Source of the DNA: Alphaproteobacteria bacterium
GTDB taxonomy: Bacteria; Pseudomonadota; Alphaproteobacteria; Rs-D84
Assembly: GCA_013316395.1 (NCBI GenBank)
Contig: WSMU01000003.1
Coordinates: 1-43,081, forward strand
Direction of reading: 5' to 3'
DNA length: 43,081 bases
The stretch's first letter is position 1; each line of letters begins with the position of its first letter. Made by a program: the position numbers and the translations under genes. The notes beneath the pieces are model-generated. The model searched no databases and was not told the origin of the DNA. It worked only from the letters and a program-made list of their open reading frames with translations. This document shows positions 1-9,247 of the stretch, piece after piece.

Positions 1-1707
1 GGTGGTGCACCTTCTGGGGCGGTAAGTGCGGCGCGTGCGGGGTCGATGCGTGTTTCGGCATCCGGTGGCACGGGTGGCAGTGTCGCGCCCAATCGTGGCA
101 CGACAACAACCGGCCGCGTTGCGACGGCGCCGCGACTGTCTATTGGCAAATATCTTGGTGGCGGCACATCTGTTAGCGGGGGGAGCTCTATAAAGAACCA
201 AAAGCCTGGCGGCAGTACCAGCAGCAGTAGCGGCAGCGGTTCTATGGACCCGGGTGTTATGGCAGATTTGGAAAGCCGTGTTGGCGAGCTGGAGGGGCAG
301 GTCGCAAATATTTACGTCAAGGATGATGTGGATTCTATGCTGCAGGACAAGCAGAATGTTTTGACGCCTGTTGATGATTATATTGAAATTGAAAACGATG
401 AAATTTATCTGAATGTTGACGCGCTTCGGGAAGGCTTGGAAGTAATTGCCGGCAAGGATGGGCGCGAGGTTGAAATCGGCTCGAACGCCACTCATTTGTT
501 GTGGCGCTACAAGGGTGACACTGCCTGGCAGGAGCTGATTGCGCTGGCTGATATTACAGGACCCCAGGGGCCGGCCGGTGAAAAAGGTGAAAAGGGAGAT
601 CCGGGCGAAGGATTGGACCCGGAACAGTATCCGACGAAAGAGTTTATGAATGCTGAAATTGCACGGGCGATAGATTCTGCAAATTATGTAACACCTGAGG
701 CGTTAAGCGAAGCTATTGCGGGCTTTGCGACCAGAACGGCGGTAGCAGAGAGTATTGCCGATGCGACATCGGGTCTGGCCTCTAAGGAAGAGTTGGCCGG
801 ATACGCTAAAACTGCGGATGTTTATACCAAGGACCAGGTGTATACCAAAGGGGAGGTTGATACCAAGGTTGCCGATGTTGTTGCAGGTGACATGAGCGAG
901 GCTCTTGCCGCGTATGCCAAGACGGCGGATGTAAACAGCGCGCTTGAGAAAAAGGCCGATGTTTCAGCTTTGTCTGATTATGCGACGAATGCTGTTGTGA
1001 CGGGATTGACCGGTCGTGTTTCGGCGGTTGAAACTGAAATGGATGATATTAACGATCTGGCGGCAAATGCGGCGACAGATGCGGCCACGGCGGTTACTTC
1101 TGCGACCGCGGCAAAGACGGCCGCGGATGAAGCCACGGCGGCGGCCGGTGTTGCATTAACAACGGCAAATTCTGCATCTGGGGCGGCTGATGCGGCCAAA
1201 ACACTGGCAGAGGGTGCAAAAACATCTGCGGATACGGCTGTTGCGACCGCGGGTGCGGCGAAAACAGCAGCAGATGCGGCGACGGCTGGTTTGGCGCTAA
1301 AGGCTAATGCGGATGATGTGTATACAAAGACCGCGGCGGATGAAAAATTTGCGCTAAAGGCGAATACATACACCAAGACAGAGGTAGATACCAAAGTTGC
1401 GGAGATTTCGGCCGGTAATATGGACGAAGCTTTGAAAGCTTATGCTAAAACCGAGTATGTTGATGCGGAGCTGGCAAAGAAAGCGAATACGGATTCTTTG
1501 GGGGCATTGGCTCTAAAGAATACGATTTCAAATGCAGACGTTGCAGATGATGCGGCGATTGCGAAAACAAAACTGTCGGCGGATGTTCAGGCGTCCCTGT
1601 CAAAGGCAGACCAAGCAGTTTCTATCGCGGATGCCCCTGAAACGGGTGACTTCGTGTTGGCGATTAGTGATGGTCAAAAAGGCTGGTTTGAGGTGGTTAC
1701 GGAGTAA
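1..1707 (+). CDS. Fibre/adhesin-like protein 1, 5'-truncated by the window (collagen-like and phage-fibre-like repeats)
   Basis: Frame is open from base 1. Contains a Gly/Ser-rich linker, a GREVEIG..HLLWRYKGD..W motif, a GPQGPAGEKGEKGDPG collagen stretch, repeated YTKxEVDTKVA..G.M.EAL.AYAKT modules, an Ala-rich coiled coil and a C-terminal FVL..W motif. Confidence 0.75.
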   Translation, partial: GGAPSGAVSAARAGSMRVSASGGTGGSVAPNRGTTTTGRVATAPRLSIGKYLGGGTSVSGGSSIKNQKPGGSTSSSSGSGSMDPGVMADLESRVGELEGQVANIYVKDDVDSMLQDKQNVLTPVDDYIEIENDEIYLNVDALREGLEVIAGKDGREVEIGSNATHLLWRYKGDTAWQELIALADITGPQGPAGEKGEKGDPGEGLDPEQYPTKEFMNAEIARAIDSANYVTPEALSEAIAGFATRTAVAESIADATSGLASKEELAGYAKTADVYTKDQVYTKGEVDTKVADVVAGDMSEALAAYAKTADVNSALEKKADVSALSDYATNAVVTGLTGRVSAVETEMDDINDLAANAATDAATAVTSATAAKTAADEATAAAGVALTTANSASGAADAAKTLAEGAKTSADTAVATAGAAKTAADAATAGLALKANADDVYTKTAADEKFALKANTYTKTEVDTKVAEISAGNMDEALKAYAKTEYVDAELAKKANTDSLGALALKNTISNADVADDAAIAKTKLSADVQASLSKADQAVSIADAPETGDFVLAISDGQKGWFEVVTE

Positions 1708-1762
1708 TCTCAAATCATTATAAACGGCCCTTGGGCCAAGTGTAAAAAAGGAAGTGAAAGAA

Positions 1763-2578
1763 ATGAAAGTAAAGAATGTCGCTTTTTCTGGGGTTGCAGC
1801 GGCTATGATGCTTAGTGCTGGTATCGGTGCGGCGGCGGCGGCTCCTCAAATCGCCAGCAAGCAATATGTTGACAATAAGGTTGCCACAGATGTTCAAACA
1901 CTGCAGACGACGATTGAAAACAACTATACCAAAACAGAGCAGTTACAGGATGTTATCGTAACAAATATCACAAACGAATTGCAGTCGGAAAACAGTGAGT
2001 TGAAAACCGCTATTGATGAAGCGTTGGATACCAAGGCGGATGCTGCGACGGTAACTCAGATTCAGAACAATGTTAACACAATGGCTACCACGGTTCAAAA
2101 TCTGGAGGCGGATGTTGCGGGCAAGGCAGATAAACTGAAGGGCGAGGCAATCAAGGCCGGTAATATCGCAACAATTGATGCGAATGGTAATTATGTTGCC
2201 GGAACAGTTGCGGCGGCGGATTTGGTAACAAATGCAACAGTTACTGAAAAGATTACATCTGCATTGGAAGGTAATGAGTCTGTAAAAGAAATCATTACGA
2301 CAATCGTTAGCAACGGCGATGTTGTCACAGATGCAATCGATACATCTATTGCGTCGGGTACGCTGAAGACAGAGCTAGATAAAAAAGCCAACGCAGCCGA
2401 TGTTTATACAAAGACAGAAACAGATGCAAAAATCATAAACCTGGCGATTCCAAAGCCACAGGGTGCGTGTGCGTCTGAATCCGGTCGTTGCGTATTGTCG
2501 GTTGACACAACTGGTAATTCTTTAATGTGGTTGGATGTGACCGCCCCTCTGGAAGGCACAACAACACCAGCAGAATAA
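1763..2578 (+). CDS. Secreted fibre-like protein 2
   Basis: Sec-type signal peptide, then IASKQYVD, coiled-coil and KANAADVYTK modules; C-terminal AIPKP..C..CVL..W. ATG 1763 preferred over GTG 1754. Confidence 0.75.
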   Translation: MKVKNVAFSGVAAAMMLSAGIGAAAAAPQIASKQYVDNKVATDVQTLQTTIENNYTKTEQLQDVIVTNITNELQSENSELKTAIDEALDTKADAATVTQIQNNVNTMATTVQNLEADVAGKADKLKGEAIKAGNIATIDANGNYVAGTVAAADLVTNATVTEKITSALEGNESVKEIITTIVSNGDVVTDAIDTSIASGTLKTELDKKANAADVYTKTETDAKIINLAIPKPQGACASESGRCVLSVDTTGNSLMWLDVTAPLEGTTTPAE

Positions 2579-2605
2579 TATTTAATAAATAAAAATGGAT
2601 AAATT

Positions 2606-3298
2606 ATGAAAAAACTTACAACTGGTATATTTACTGTTCTGCTGGGCTTGGTTGCTATTGATGCAAATGCGGCTATTACGTCAAAGGCCTATGTTGATGC
2701 CAAGGTATCGACAGAAGTTGGAAAGGTTAATACAAAGGTAACAGAGCTAAATACAACGGTTAATGATTTTACAACAAATATTGGTGATAGAATTAACACC
2801 ACTATTAACCAAGCGCTGACAAATGAAGATTCCCAAATCTACAAAGAGCTGGAATCTAAGGCTTCGACGGCGGATTTAAAGGCTATTGATGAGCGCTTAT
2901 ACAATGCCGAGGCTGATATTGATGCACTGGAGAGGACAGTTGGAACATCCGAACTGGCGACAGAGGAAAAAACACTGACCGAGGCAATCAATGAATTGAA
3001 TACTAACAAAGTAACACAGGCTAAGGTTACAACAGATATTGCCGCCGCGGTAAAGGTTGAAACAGACCGTGCAACAGCAGCAGAGCAGGCAAATGCAAAT
3101 GCTATTGCGGCGAATACAGCGGCTGTTGAACAAGCTCAGGCTGATGCGACACAGGCGCTGAATGAGTCTATTAAGCAGATTAAGGCAACCGGTGAAGACG
3201 GAACCTATGTTTTGACTATCAAGACAATCGGCGACCAGGCTACGCTGAAATGGGAGCAGATTGAGCGTGCAGAAGCCACACAAACACCAGAGGCTTAA
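2606..3298 (+). CDS. Secreted fibre-like protein 3
   Basis: Signal peptide MKKLTT..ANA, then ITSKAYVD, coiled coil, TLTEAINEL motif and C-terminal YVL..KWEQIER. Confidence 0.75.
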   Translation: MKKLTTGIFTVLLGLVAIDANAAITSKAYVDAKVSTEVGKVNTKVTELNTTVNDFTTNIGDRINTTINQALTNEDSQIYKELESKASTADLKAIDERLYNAEADIDALERTVGTSELATEEKTLTEAINELNTNKVTQAKVTTDIAAAVKVETDRATAAEQANANAIAANTAAVEQAQADATQALNESIKQIKATGEDGTYVLTIKTIGDQATLKWEQIERAEATQTPEA

Positions 3299-3395
3299 TG
3301 CAGTAAATGCCGACGACCGTATTATGCGGTCGTCGGATATAGTGATGTAATATTTTGCATCGTCGGCAGATAAAACAATATTGGTAAAATTAATT

Positions 3396-4313
3396 ATGAA
3401 AAAAGCAGGATTTTTAGCACTTTCTTTGGCTATTATGCTCATTGCTGGTGCTGCACGTGCGGATATTGCATCTACATCATATGTAGAAAACGCCATTGCG
3501 CAAAAAGAAGACGTATCAAACAAGGCTTCAGAAACCTACACATCCGACAGCACGACACAATACCCGTCAATCCGCGTTGCAGAAACGATTGCCGCCAAGG
3601 CGGTTCAGGGGCTGGGTGATTTGGCGGGCCTGGACCAGGTTGGTACGGATGAGATAAAGGACGGCGCTGTAACAAAGGTAAAGTTGGATACATCTGTTCA
3701 GGCATCGCTGGGCAAGGCTGATACTGCGGTTCAGTCGGCCGCGCTGACCGCGGAAACACAGGCGCGGACAAATGCAGATAATGCTATTAACACCAAAATA
3801 GGTACCGTGCCCGCCGGAAAGACAGTTGTCGGTATGATTGATGAGGCAAAGACCGCGGCAACATACGATGATACGCAGGTTAAGGCGGATATTGCAGCGA
3901 ATACAGCGGCTATTGAACAAGCTCAGGCTGATGCGACAAAGGGTATTGGTGACGCAGCGGCCGCTGCACAGACAGCTAATGCGGCCAAGGCAGCGATAGA
4001 TAATGCGTCTACTGGTCTTGGGTCTAAGTTGCCAACGGCAACATATAATACTCAGGTAGGTACGGTTAGTGCAGCAAATATGGGAACAACTGCGACAACA
4101 GTAGTTGCTGCAATTAATGAAGTATCGAAAGAAGCTGCGGCTGCGGATGCCAAGGCTGTGGCTGCAGATACCAAGGCGACCGCGGCACAAAGCGCGGCCT
4201 CTGCGGCAAATACATTGGCGGCGGCGGCGATTCCAAAGCCATCGGGTACATGTAAGGATTGTGTGCTGAAGTATAATGGCACGGCCTTTTCCTGGGAGGA
4301 AATCGGTCGTTAA
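3396..4313 (+). CDS. Secreted fibre-like protein 4
   Basis: Signal peptide MKKAG..ARA, then IASTSYVE, IKDGAVTKVKL and VVAAINEV motifs; C-terminal AIPKP..C..CVL..WEEIGR. Confidence 0.75.
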   Translation: MKKAGFLALSLAIMLIAGAARADIASTSYVENAIAQKEDVSNKASETYTSDSTTQYPSIRVAETIAAKAVQGLGDLAGLDQVGTDEIKDGAVTKVKLDTSVQASLGKADTAVQSAALTAETQARTNADNAINTKIGTVPAGKTVVGMIDEAKTAATYDDTQVKADIAANTAAIEQAQADATKGIGDAAAAAQTANAAKAAIDNASTGLGSKLPTATYNTQVGTVSAANMGTTATTVVAAINEVSKEAAAADAKAVAADTKATAAQSAASAANTLAAAAIPKPSGTCKDCVLKYNGTAFSWEEIGR

Positions 4314-4420
4314 CAGGTGGTATTCTATGGCGCTGTGATAAAATGTTTATGCGCCATATATCCTCTTGTTACGGGATGTAGATTTGTGATAATATAAAAC
4401 TGGTAGAGAGTTTTTAGGTT

Positions 4421-5650
4421 ATGAAGAATATAGCGGGTGTTTTTGCAGTTTCTTTTATCGCGATTATGTCTGTGGTTGCGGCCCATGCAGATGTTGCTTC
4501 TACGGATTTGGTTGATAGACGATTTGAAGCGTTGGCTACGGTGGCAAGTACGGGCTCTTATAACGATTTGACGAATAAGCCGACAATTCCCGCGGCTCAG
4601 GTTCAGCCGGACTGGAATGCAACCACGGGTATGGGGGCGATAAAAAATAAGCCTACGTTGGGCGCGCTGGCATCGAAAGCGTCGGTTACAAGTGCGGAGA
4701 TTACAGACGGCACTATTGTAAATGCGGATATTTCCGCAACAGCCGGGATTGCGCCTTCAAAGATTAACATAGATAAGCTTACTACATATGATACCACGCA
4801 TACAGACAATGATGAGCGAATCCCTTCAGTAAAGGTGGTAGAGAGCATTGCCGCCGTATCTGCGGATGCTGCGCTTGTCGCCGCTAAGAATGTATATCAG
4901 GTTAAGTCTAATGCGAATTACCAGATGGGTTCAGCAAATGGGGCTTGGACTACGATGAGTGGTTCTCAGCAAAATGCTTTGAATTCTGGCATTACAACGG
5001 CAAAAGTAACCAAGTACGATAATTATGCCACAGGTAAGCAAGATACTTTGACCCCTGGGAGTAATGGAAATATTAAAGGGGCTGGTAGTGTGACTGTGAC
5101 TAAGGATGCCTCTGGTGTTATAACCGTATCTGGAACAGACACAAATACAGTTACAACAGCGACAACAACCGGTACCGGAAATGTTGTTTCTGCTATTACG
5201 GCAAATAACGGTGCGCTTACGGTTACAAAAGGCGTTACAGCGGCAACACCTGGTGATATTACAAATGCTATAAACGCGTTGGATGTTGCGGCATCAACCG
5301 CGGCTGGAAATGTCGTTACAAATGTTAGTCAGACAGATGGAAAAATTTCTGTAACAAAGGGAACAATAAGTGTTCCGACTGTGAATAACGCTACGCTGAC
5401 AATTAAGCAGGGGGGAGCTGTTAAGGGTACTTTTACCGCGAACCAGGCCACCGCGGCAACAATTGAGTTAACTGATAATAATACAACATATACGGCCAGC
5501 GGTTCAAATGGTGTTTCTGCATCAGTTAGTGGTACGTCGGTGAACGTATCCGGTGTATCCGCAACGCGTGATGCGGTTGGGGTGGCAAAGCTGGGAGTTA
5601 TTCCGGTTGGAACCACTGGTACGGCAACCGCTACTATTTGGGTTGAATAA
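4421..5650 (+). CDS. Secreted Thr/Gly-rich fibre-like protein 5 (copy 1)
   Basis: Signal peptide ending AHA. Contains LATVASTGSYNDLTNKPTIP, QPDWN..IKNKP and ITDGTIVNADI motifs typical of phage tail-fibre-like proteins, GNVV..I beta repeats and C-terminal ATIWVE. Confidence 0.75.
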   Translation: MKNIAGVFAVSFIAIMSVVAAHADVASTDLVDRRFEALATVASTGSYNDLTNKPTIPAAQVQPDWNATTGMGAIKNKPTLGALASKASVTSAEITDGTIVNADISATAGIAPSKINIDKLTTYDTTHTDNDERIPSVKVVESIAAVSADAALVAAKNVYQVKSNANYQMGSANGAWTTMSGSQQNALNSGITTAKVTKYDNYATGKQDTLTPGSNGNIKGAGSVTVTKDASGVITVSGTDTNTVTTATTTGTGNVVSAITANNGALTVTKGVTAATPGDITNAINALDVAASTAAGNVVTNVSQTDGKISVTKGTISVPTVNNATLTIKQGGAVKGTFTANQATAATIELTDNNTTYTASGSNGVSASVSGTSVNVSGVSATRDAVGVAKLGVIPVGTTGTATATIWVE

Positions 5651-5710
5651 AGTTTCCCGCAAGGGGGGAGTCTGGAGGAGGGCGTCTTGGCGCCCCATAA
5701 GGAGAGAAGA

Positions 5711-5735
5711 CAGCGGCCACGGCCGCTGGTTTTTT
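5711..5735 (+). terminator. Intrinsic terminator of the fibre array
   Basis: CAGCGGCC-AC-GGCCGCTG followed by GTTTTTT. Confidence 0.7.
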
Positions 5736-5759
5736 ATTCGATTAAAATGGTGCTGCGGA

Positions 5760-6332
5760 CTATAGCAGCATCATCAAGCCAATACCCAGTCCTGCTGCGA
5801 CAATCGCGAACATGGTAAGTGGCCAGAAATATTTTTTTACGATTGCATTTGCCTGTTCCTGGAAGCGCCACAGCAGTGCCGCCACCAGCGCAAAGCGCGC
5901 GGTGCGGAACACCGCCGATACACCCAGGAATAGGGCCGCCGGGAATCCCATAAAGCCCGCGCATATCGCCATTAGTTTGTAGGGAATTGGGGTAAAGGCG
6001 GTCAGAACTATTATAAATAGGCCATGCTTTATGAACAACTGCTGAGCCATTTCAAATTTTTCCATTGTGGCAAAGTTTTCAATCAGCCATATTCCGACAG
6101 AATCAAACAGCCAGAAACCAATAAGGTATGCGATTGCGCCGCCTATCAATGAACCGGCGGCGGCGGCGATTGTTATCGGTATCGCCCGGCGACGGTTTGC
6201 GATAATGGGTGGTGTCATGAATACTTCGGGCGGGACAAATAAAAATATTGATTCACATATTGTTAAAACAAAAACTATCCATGCATAGGCTGGATGTTCT
6301 GATTTTTTAAGAATAGATTCTATAAGTTTCAT
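5760..6332 (-). CDS. YqaA/DedA (VTT-domain) membrane protein (copy 1)
   Basis: ESIFLFVPPEV, GSLIGGAIAYLIG and FTPIPYK motifs; several hydrophobic helices. Confidence 0.88.
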   Translation of the reverse strand: MKLIESILKKSEHPAYAWIVFVLTICESIFLFVPPEVFMTPPIIANRRRAIPITIAAAAGSLIGGAIAYLIGFWLFDSVGIWLIENFATMEKFEMAQQLFIKHGLFIIVLTAFTPIPYKLMAICAGFMGFPAALFLGVSAVFRTARFALVAALLWRFQEQANAIVKKYFWPLTMFAIVAAGLGIGLMMLL

Positions 6333-6417
6333 TTTTCCCCCGATTTCTCAAAATTTTTCTTGATTGTACATAAATTTAGTCTAATTTACAAATCATAAGT
6401 ACAAAAAAGATAACAAT

Positions 6418-7143
6418 ATGCAGAAAAAACGTACAAATTCAAATCGACCCGACCGCATTGCGGCCAAGGTTCAGGTGCTGGTTGCGGAAATATTGCGTGA
6501 TAATTATGGAGAGGACCCCATTTTGCGCGGGGCATCGCTGGGCAAGGCTGATACTGCGGTTCAGTCGGCCGCGCTGACCGCGGAAACACAGGCGCGGACA
6601 AATGCAGATAATGCTATTAACACCAAAATAGGTACCGTGCCCGCCGGAAAGACAGTTGTCGGTATGATTGATGAGGCAAAGACCGCGGCAACATACGATG
6701 ATACGCAGGTTAAGGCGGATATTGCAGCGAATACAGCGGCTATTGAACAAGCTCAGGCTGATGCGACAAAGGGTATTGGTGACGCAGCGGCCGCTGCACA
6801 GACAGCTAATGCGGCCAAGGCAGCGATAGATAATGCGTCTACTGGTCTTGGGTCTAAGTTGCCAACGGCAACATATAATACTCAGGTAGGTACGGTTAGT
6901 GCAGCAAATATGGGAACAACTGCGACAACAGTAGTTGCTGCAATTAATGAAGTATCGAAAGAAGCTGCGGCTGCGGATGCCAAGGCTGTGGCTGCAGATA
7001 CCAAGGCGACCGCGGCACAAAGCGCGGCCTCTGCGGCAAATACATTGGCGGCGGCGGCGATTCCAAAGCCATCGGGTACATGTAAGGATTGTGTGCTGAA
7101 GTATAATGGCACGGCCTTTTCCTGGGAGGAAATCGGTCGTTAA
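6418..7143 (+). CDS. Chimeric ORF: RbfA residues 1-38 fused in frame to the C-terminal two thirds of fibre protein 4
   Basis: N-terminus identical to 9248..; remainder identical to the 3702-4313 translation. The fusion point is the duplication junction at about 6531. Confidence 0.85.
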   Translation: MQKKRTNSNRPDRIAAKVQVLVAEILRDNYGEDPILRGASLGKADTAVQSAALTAETQARTNADNAINTKIGTVPAGKTVVGMIDEAKTAATYDDTQVKADIAANTAAIEQAQADATKGIGDAAAAAQTANAAKAAIDNASTGLGSKLPTATYNTQVGTVSAANMGTTATTVVAAINEVSKEAAAADAKAVAADTKATAAQSAASAANTLAAAAIPKPSGTCKDCVLKYNGTAFSWEEIGR

Positions 7144-7250
7144 CAGGTGGTATTCTATGGCGCTGTGATAAAATGTTTATGCGCCATATATCCTCTTGTT
7201 ACGGGATGTAGATTTGTGATAATATAAAACTGGTAGAGAGTTTTTAGGTT

Positions 7251-8480
7251 ATGAAGAATATAGCGGGTGTTTTTGCAGTTTCTTTTATCGCGATTATGTC
7301 TGTGGTTGCGGCCCATGCAGATGTTGCTTCTACGGATTTGGTTGATAGACGATTTGAAGCGTTGGCTACGGTGGCAAGTACGGGCTCTTATAACGATTTG
7401 ACGAATAAGCCGACAATTCCCGCGGCTCAGGTTCAGCCGGACTGGAATGCAACCACGGGTATGGGGGCGATAAAAAATAAGCCTACGTTGGGCGCGCTGG
7501 CATCGAAAGCGTCGGTTACAAGTGCGGAGATTACAGACGGCACTATTGTAAATGCGGATATTTCCGCAACAGCCGGGATTGCGCCTTCAAAGATTAACAT
7601 AGATAAGCTTACTACATATGATACCACGCATACAGACAATGATGAGCGAATCCCTTCAGTAAAGGTGGTAGAGAGCATTGCCGCCGTATCTGCGGATGCT
7701 GCGCTTGTCGCCGCTAAGAATGTATATCAGGTTAAGTCTAATGCGAATTACCAGATGGGTTCAGCAAATGGGGCTTGGACTACGATGAGTGGTTCTCAGC
7801 AAAATGCTTTGAATTCTGGCATTACAACGGCAAAAGTAACCAAGTACGATAATTATGCCACAGGTAAGCAAGATACTTTGACCCCTGGGAGTAATGGAAA
7901 TATTAAAGGGGCTGGTAGTGTGACTGTGACTAAGGATGCCTCTGGTGTTATAACCGTATCTGGAACAGACACAAATACAGTTACAACAGCGACAACAACC
8001 GGTACCGGAAATGTTGTTTCTGCTATTACGGCAAATAACGGTGCGCTTACGGTTACAAAAGGCGTTACAGCGGCAACACCTGGTGATATTACAAATGCTA
8101 TAAACGCGTTGGATGTTGCGGCATCAACCGCGGCTGGAAATGTCGTTACAAATGTTAGTCAGACAGATGGAAAAATTTCTGTAACAAAGGGAACAATAAG
8201 TGTTCCGACTGTGAATAACGCTACGCTGACAATTAAGCAGGGGGGAGCTGTTAAGGGTACTTTTACCGCGAACCAGGCCACCGCGGCAACAATTGAGTTA
8301 ACTGATAATAATACAACATATACGGCCAGCGGTTCAAATGGTGTTTCTGCATCAGTTAGTGGTACGTCGGTGAACGTATCCGGTGTATCCGCAACGCGTG
8401 ATGCGGTTGGGGTGGCAAAGCTGGGAGTTATTCCGGTTGGAACCACTGGTACGGCAACCGCTACTATTTGGGTTGAATAA
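7251..8480 (+). CDS. Secreted fibre-like protein 5 (duplicate copy)
   Basis: Identical translation to 4421..5650. Confidence 0.75.
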   Translation: MKNIAGVFAVSFIAIMSVVAAHADVASTDLVDRRFEALATVASTGSYNDLTNKPTIPAAQVQPDWNATTGMGAIKNKPTLGALASKASVTSAEITDGTIVNADISATAGIAPSKINIDKLTTYDTTHTDNDERIPSVKVVESIAAVSADAALVAAKNVYQVKSNANYQMGSANGAWTTMSGSQQNALNSGITTAKVTKYDNYATGKQDTLTPGSNGNIKGAGSVTVTKDASGVITVSGTDTNTVTTATTTGTGNVVSAITANNGALTVTKGVTAATPGDITNAINALDVAASTAAGNVVTNVSQTDGKISVTKGTISVPTVNNATLTIKQGGAVKGTFTANQATAATIELTDNNTTYTASGSNGVSASVSGTSVNVSGVSATRDAVGVAKLGVIPVGTTGTATATIWVE

Positions 8481-8540
8481 AGTTTCCCGCAAGGGGGGAG
8501 TCTGGAGGAGGGCGTCTTGGCGCCCCATAAGGAGAGAAGA

Positions 8541-8565
8541 CAGCGGCCACGGCCGCTGGTTTTTT
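8541..8565 (+). terminator. Intrinsic terminator (duplicate)
   Basis: Copy of 5711..5735. Confidence 0.7.
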
Positions 8566-8589
8566 ATTCGATTAAAATGGTGCTGCGGA

Positions 8590-9162
8590 CTATAGCAGCA
8601 TCATCAAGCCAATACCCAGTCCTGCTGCGACAATCGCGAACATGGTAAGTGGCCAGAAATATTTTTTTACGATTGCATTTGCCTGTTCCTGGAAGCGCCA
8701 CAGCAGTGCCGCCACCAGCGCAAAGCGCGCGGTGCGGAACACCGCCGATACACCCAGGAATAGGGCCGCCGGGAATCCCATAAAGCCCGCGCATATCGCC
8801 ATTAGTTTGTAGGGAATTGGGGTAAAGGCGGTCAGAACTATTATAAATAGGCCATGCTTTATGAACAACTGCTGAGCCATTTCAAATTTTTCCATTGTGG
8901 CAAAGTTTTCAATCAGCCATATTCCGACAGAATCAAACAGCCAGAAACCAATAAGGTATGCGATTGCGCCGCCTATCAATGAACCGGCGGCGGCGGCGAT
9001 TGTTATCGGTATCGCCCGGCGACGGTTTGCGATAATGGGTGGTGTCATGAATACTTCGGGCGGGACAAATAAAAATATTGATTCACATATTGTTAAAACA
9101 AAAACTATCCATGCATAGGCTGGATGTTCTGATTTTTTAAGAATAGATTCTATAAGTTTCAT
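8590..9162 (-). CDS. YqaA/DedA membrane protein (duplicate copy)
   Basis: Identical translation to 5760..6332. Confidence 0.88.
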   Translation of the reverse strand: MKLIESILKKSEHPAYAWIVFVLTICESIFLFVPPEVFMTPPIIANRRRAIPITIAAAAGSLIGGAIAYLIGFWLFDSVGIWLIENFATMEKFEMAQQLFIKHGLFIIVLTAFTPIPYKLMAICAGFMGFPAALFLGVSAVFRTARFALVAALLWRFQEQANAIVKKYFWPLTMFAIVAAGLGIGLMMLL

Positions 9163-9247
9163 TTTTCCCCCGATTTCTCAAAATTTTTCTTGATTGTACA
9201 TAAATTTAGTCTAATTTACAAATCATAAGTACAAAAAAGATAACAAT

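Larger units (their letters stand above)
3701..6530 (+). repeat. Tandem duplication unit, copy 1 (2830 bp)
   Basis: Sequence and ORFs recur at a +2830 offset with no differences seen by eye. Confidence 0.97.

Noticed and set aside
1-5650. Prophage tail region
   Set aside because: The complete genes have Sec signal peptides, and no capsid, terminase, baseplate or lysis genes are present in the window.
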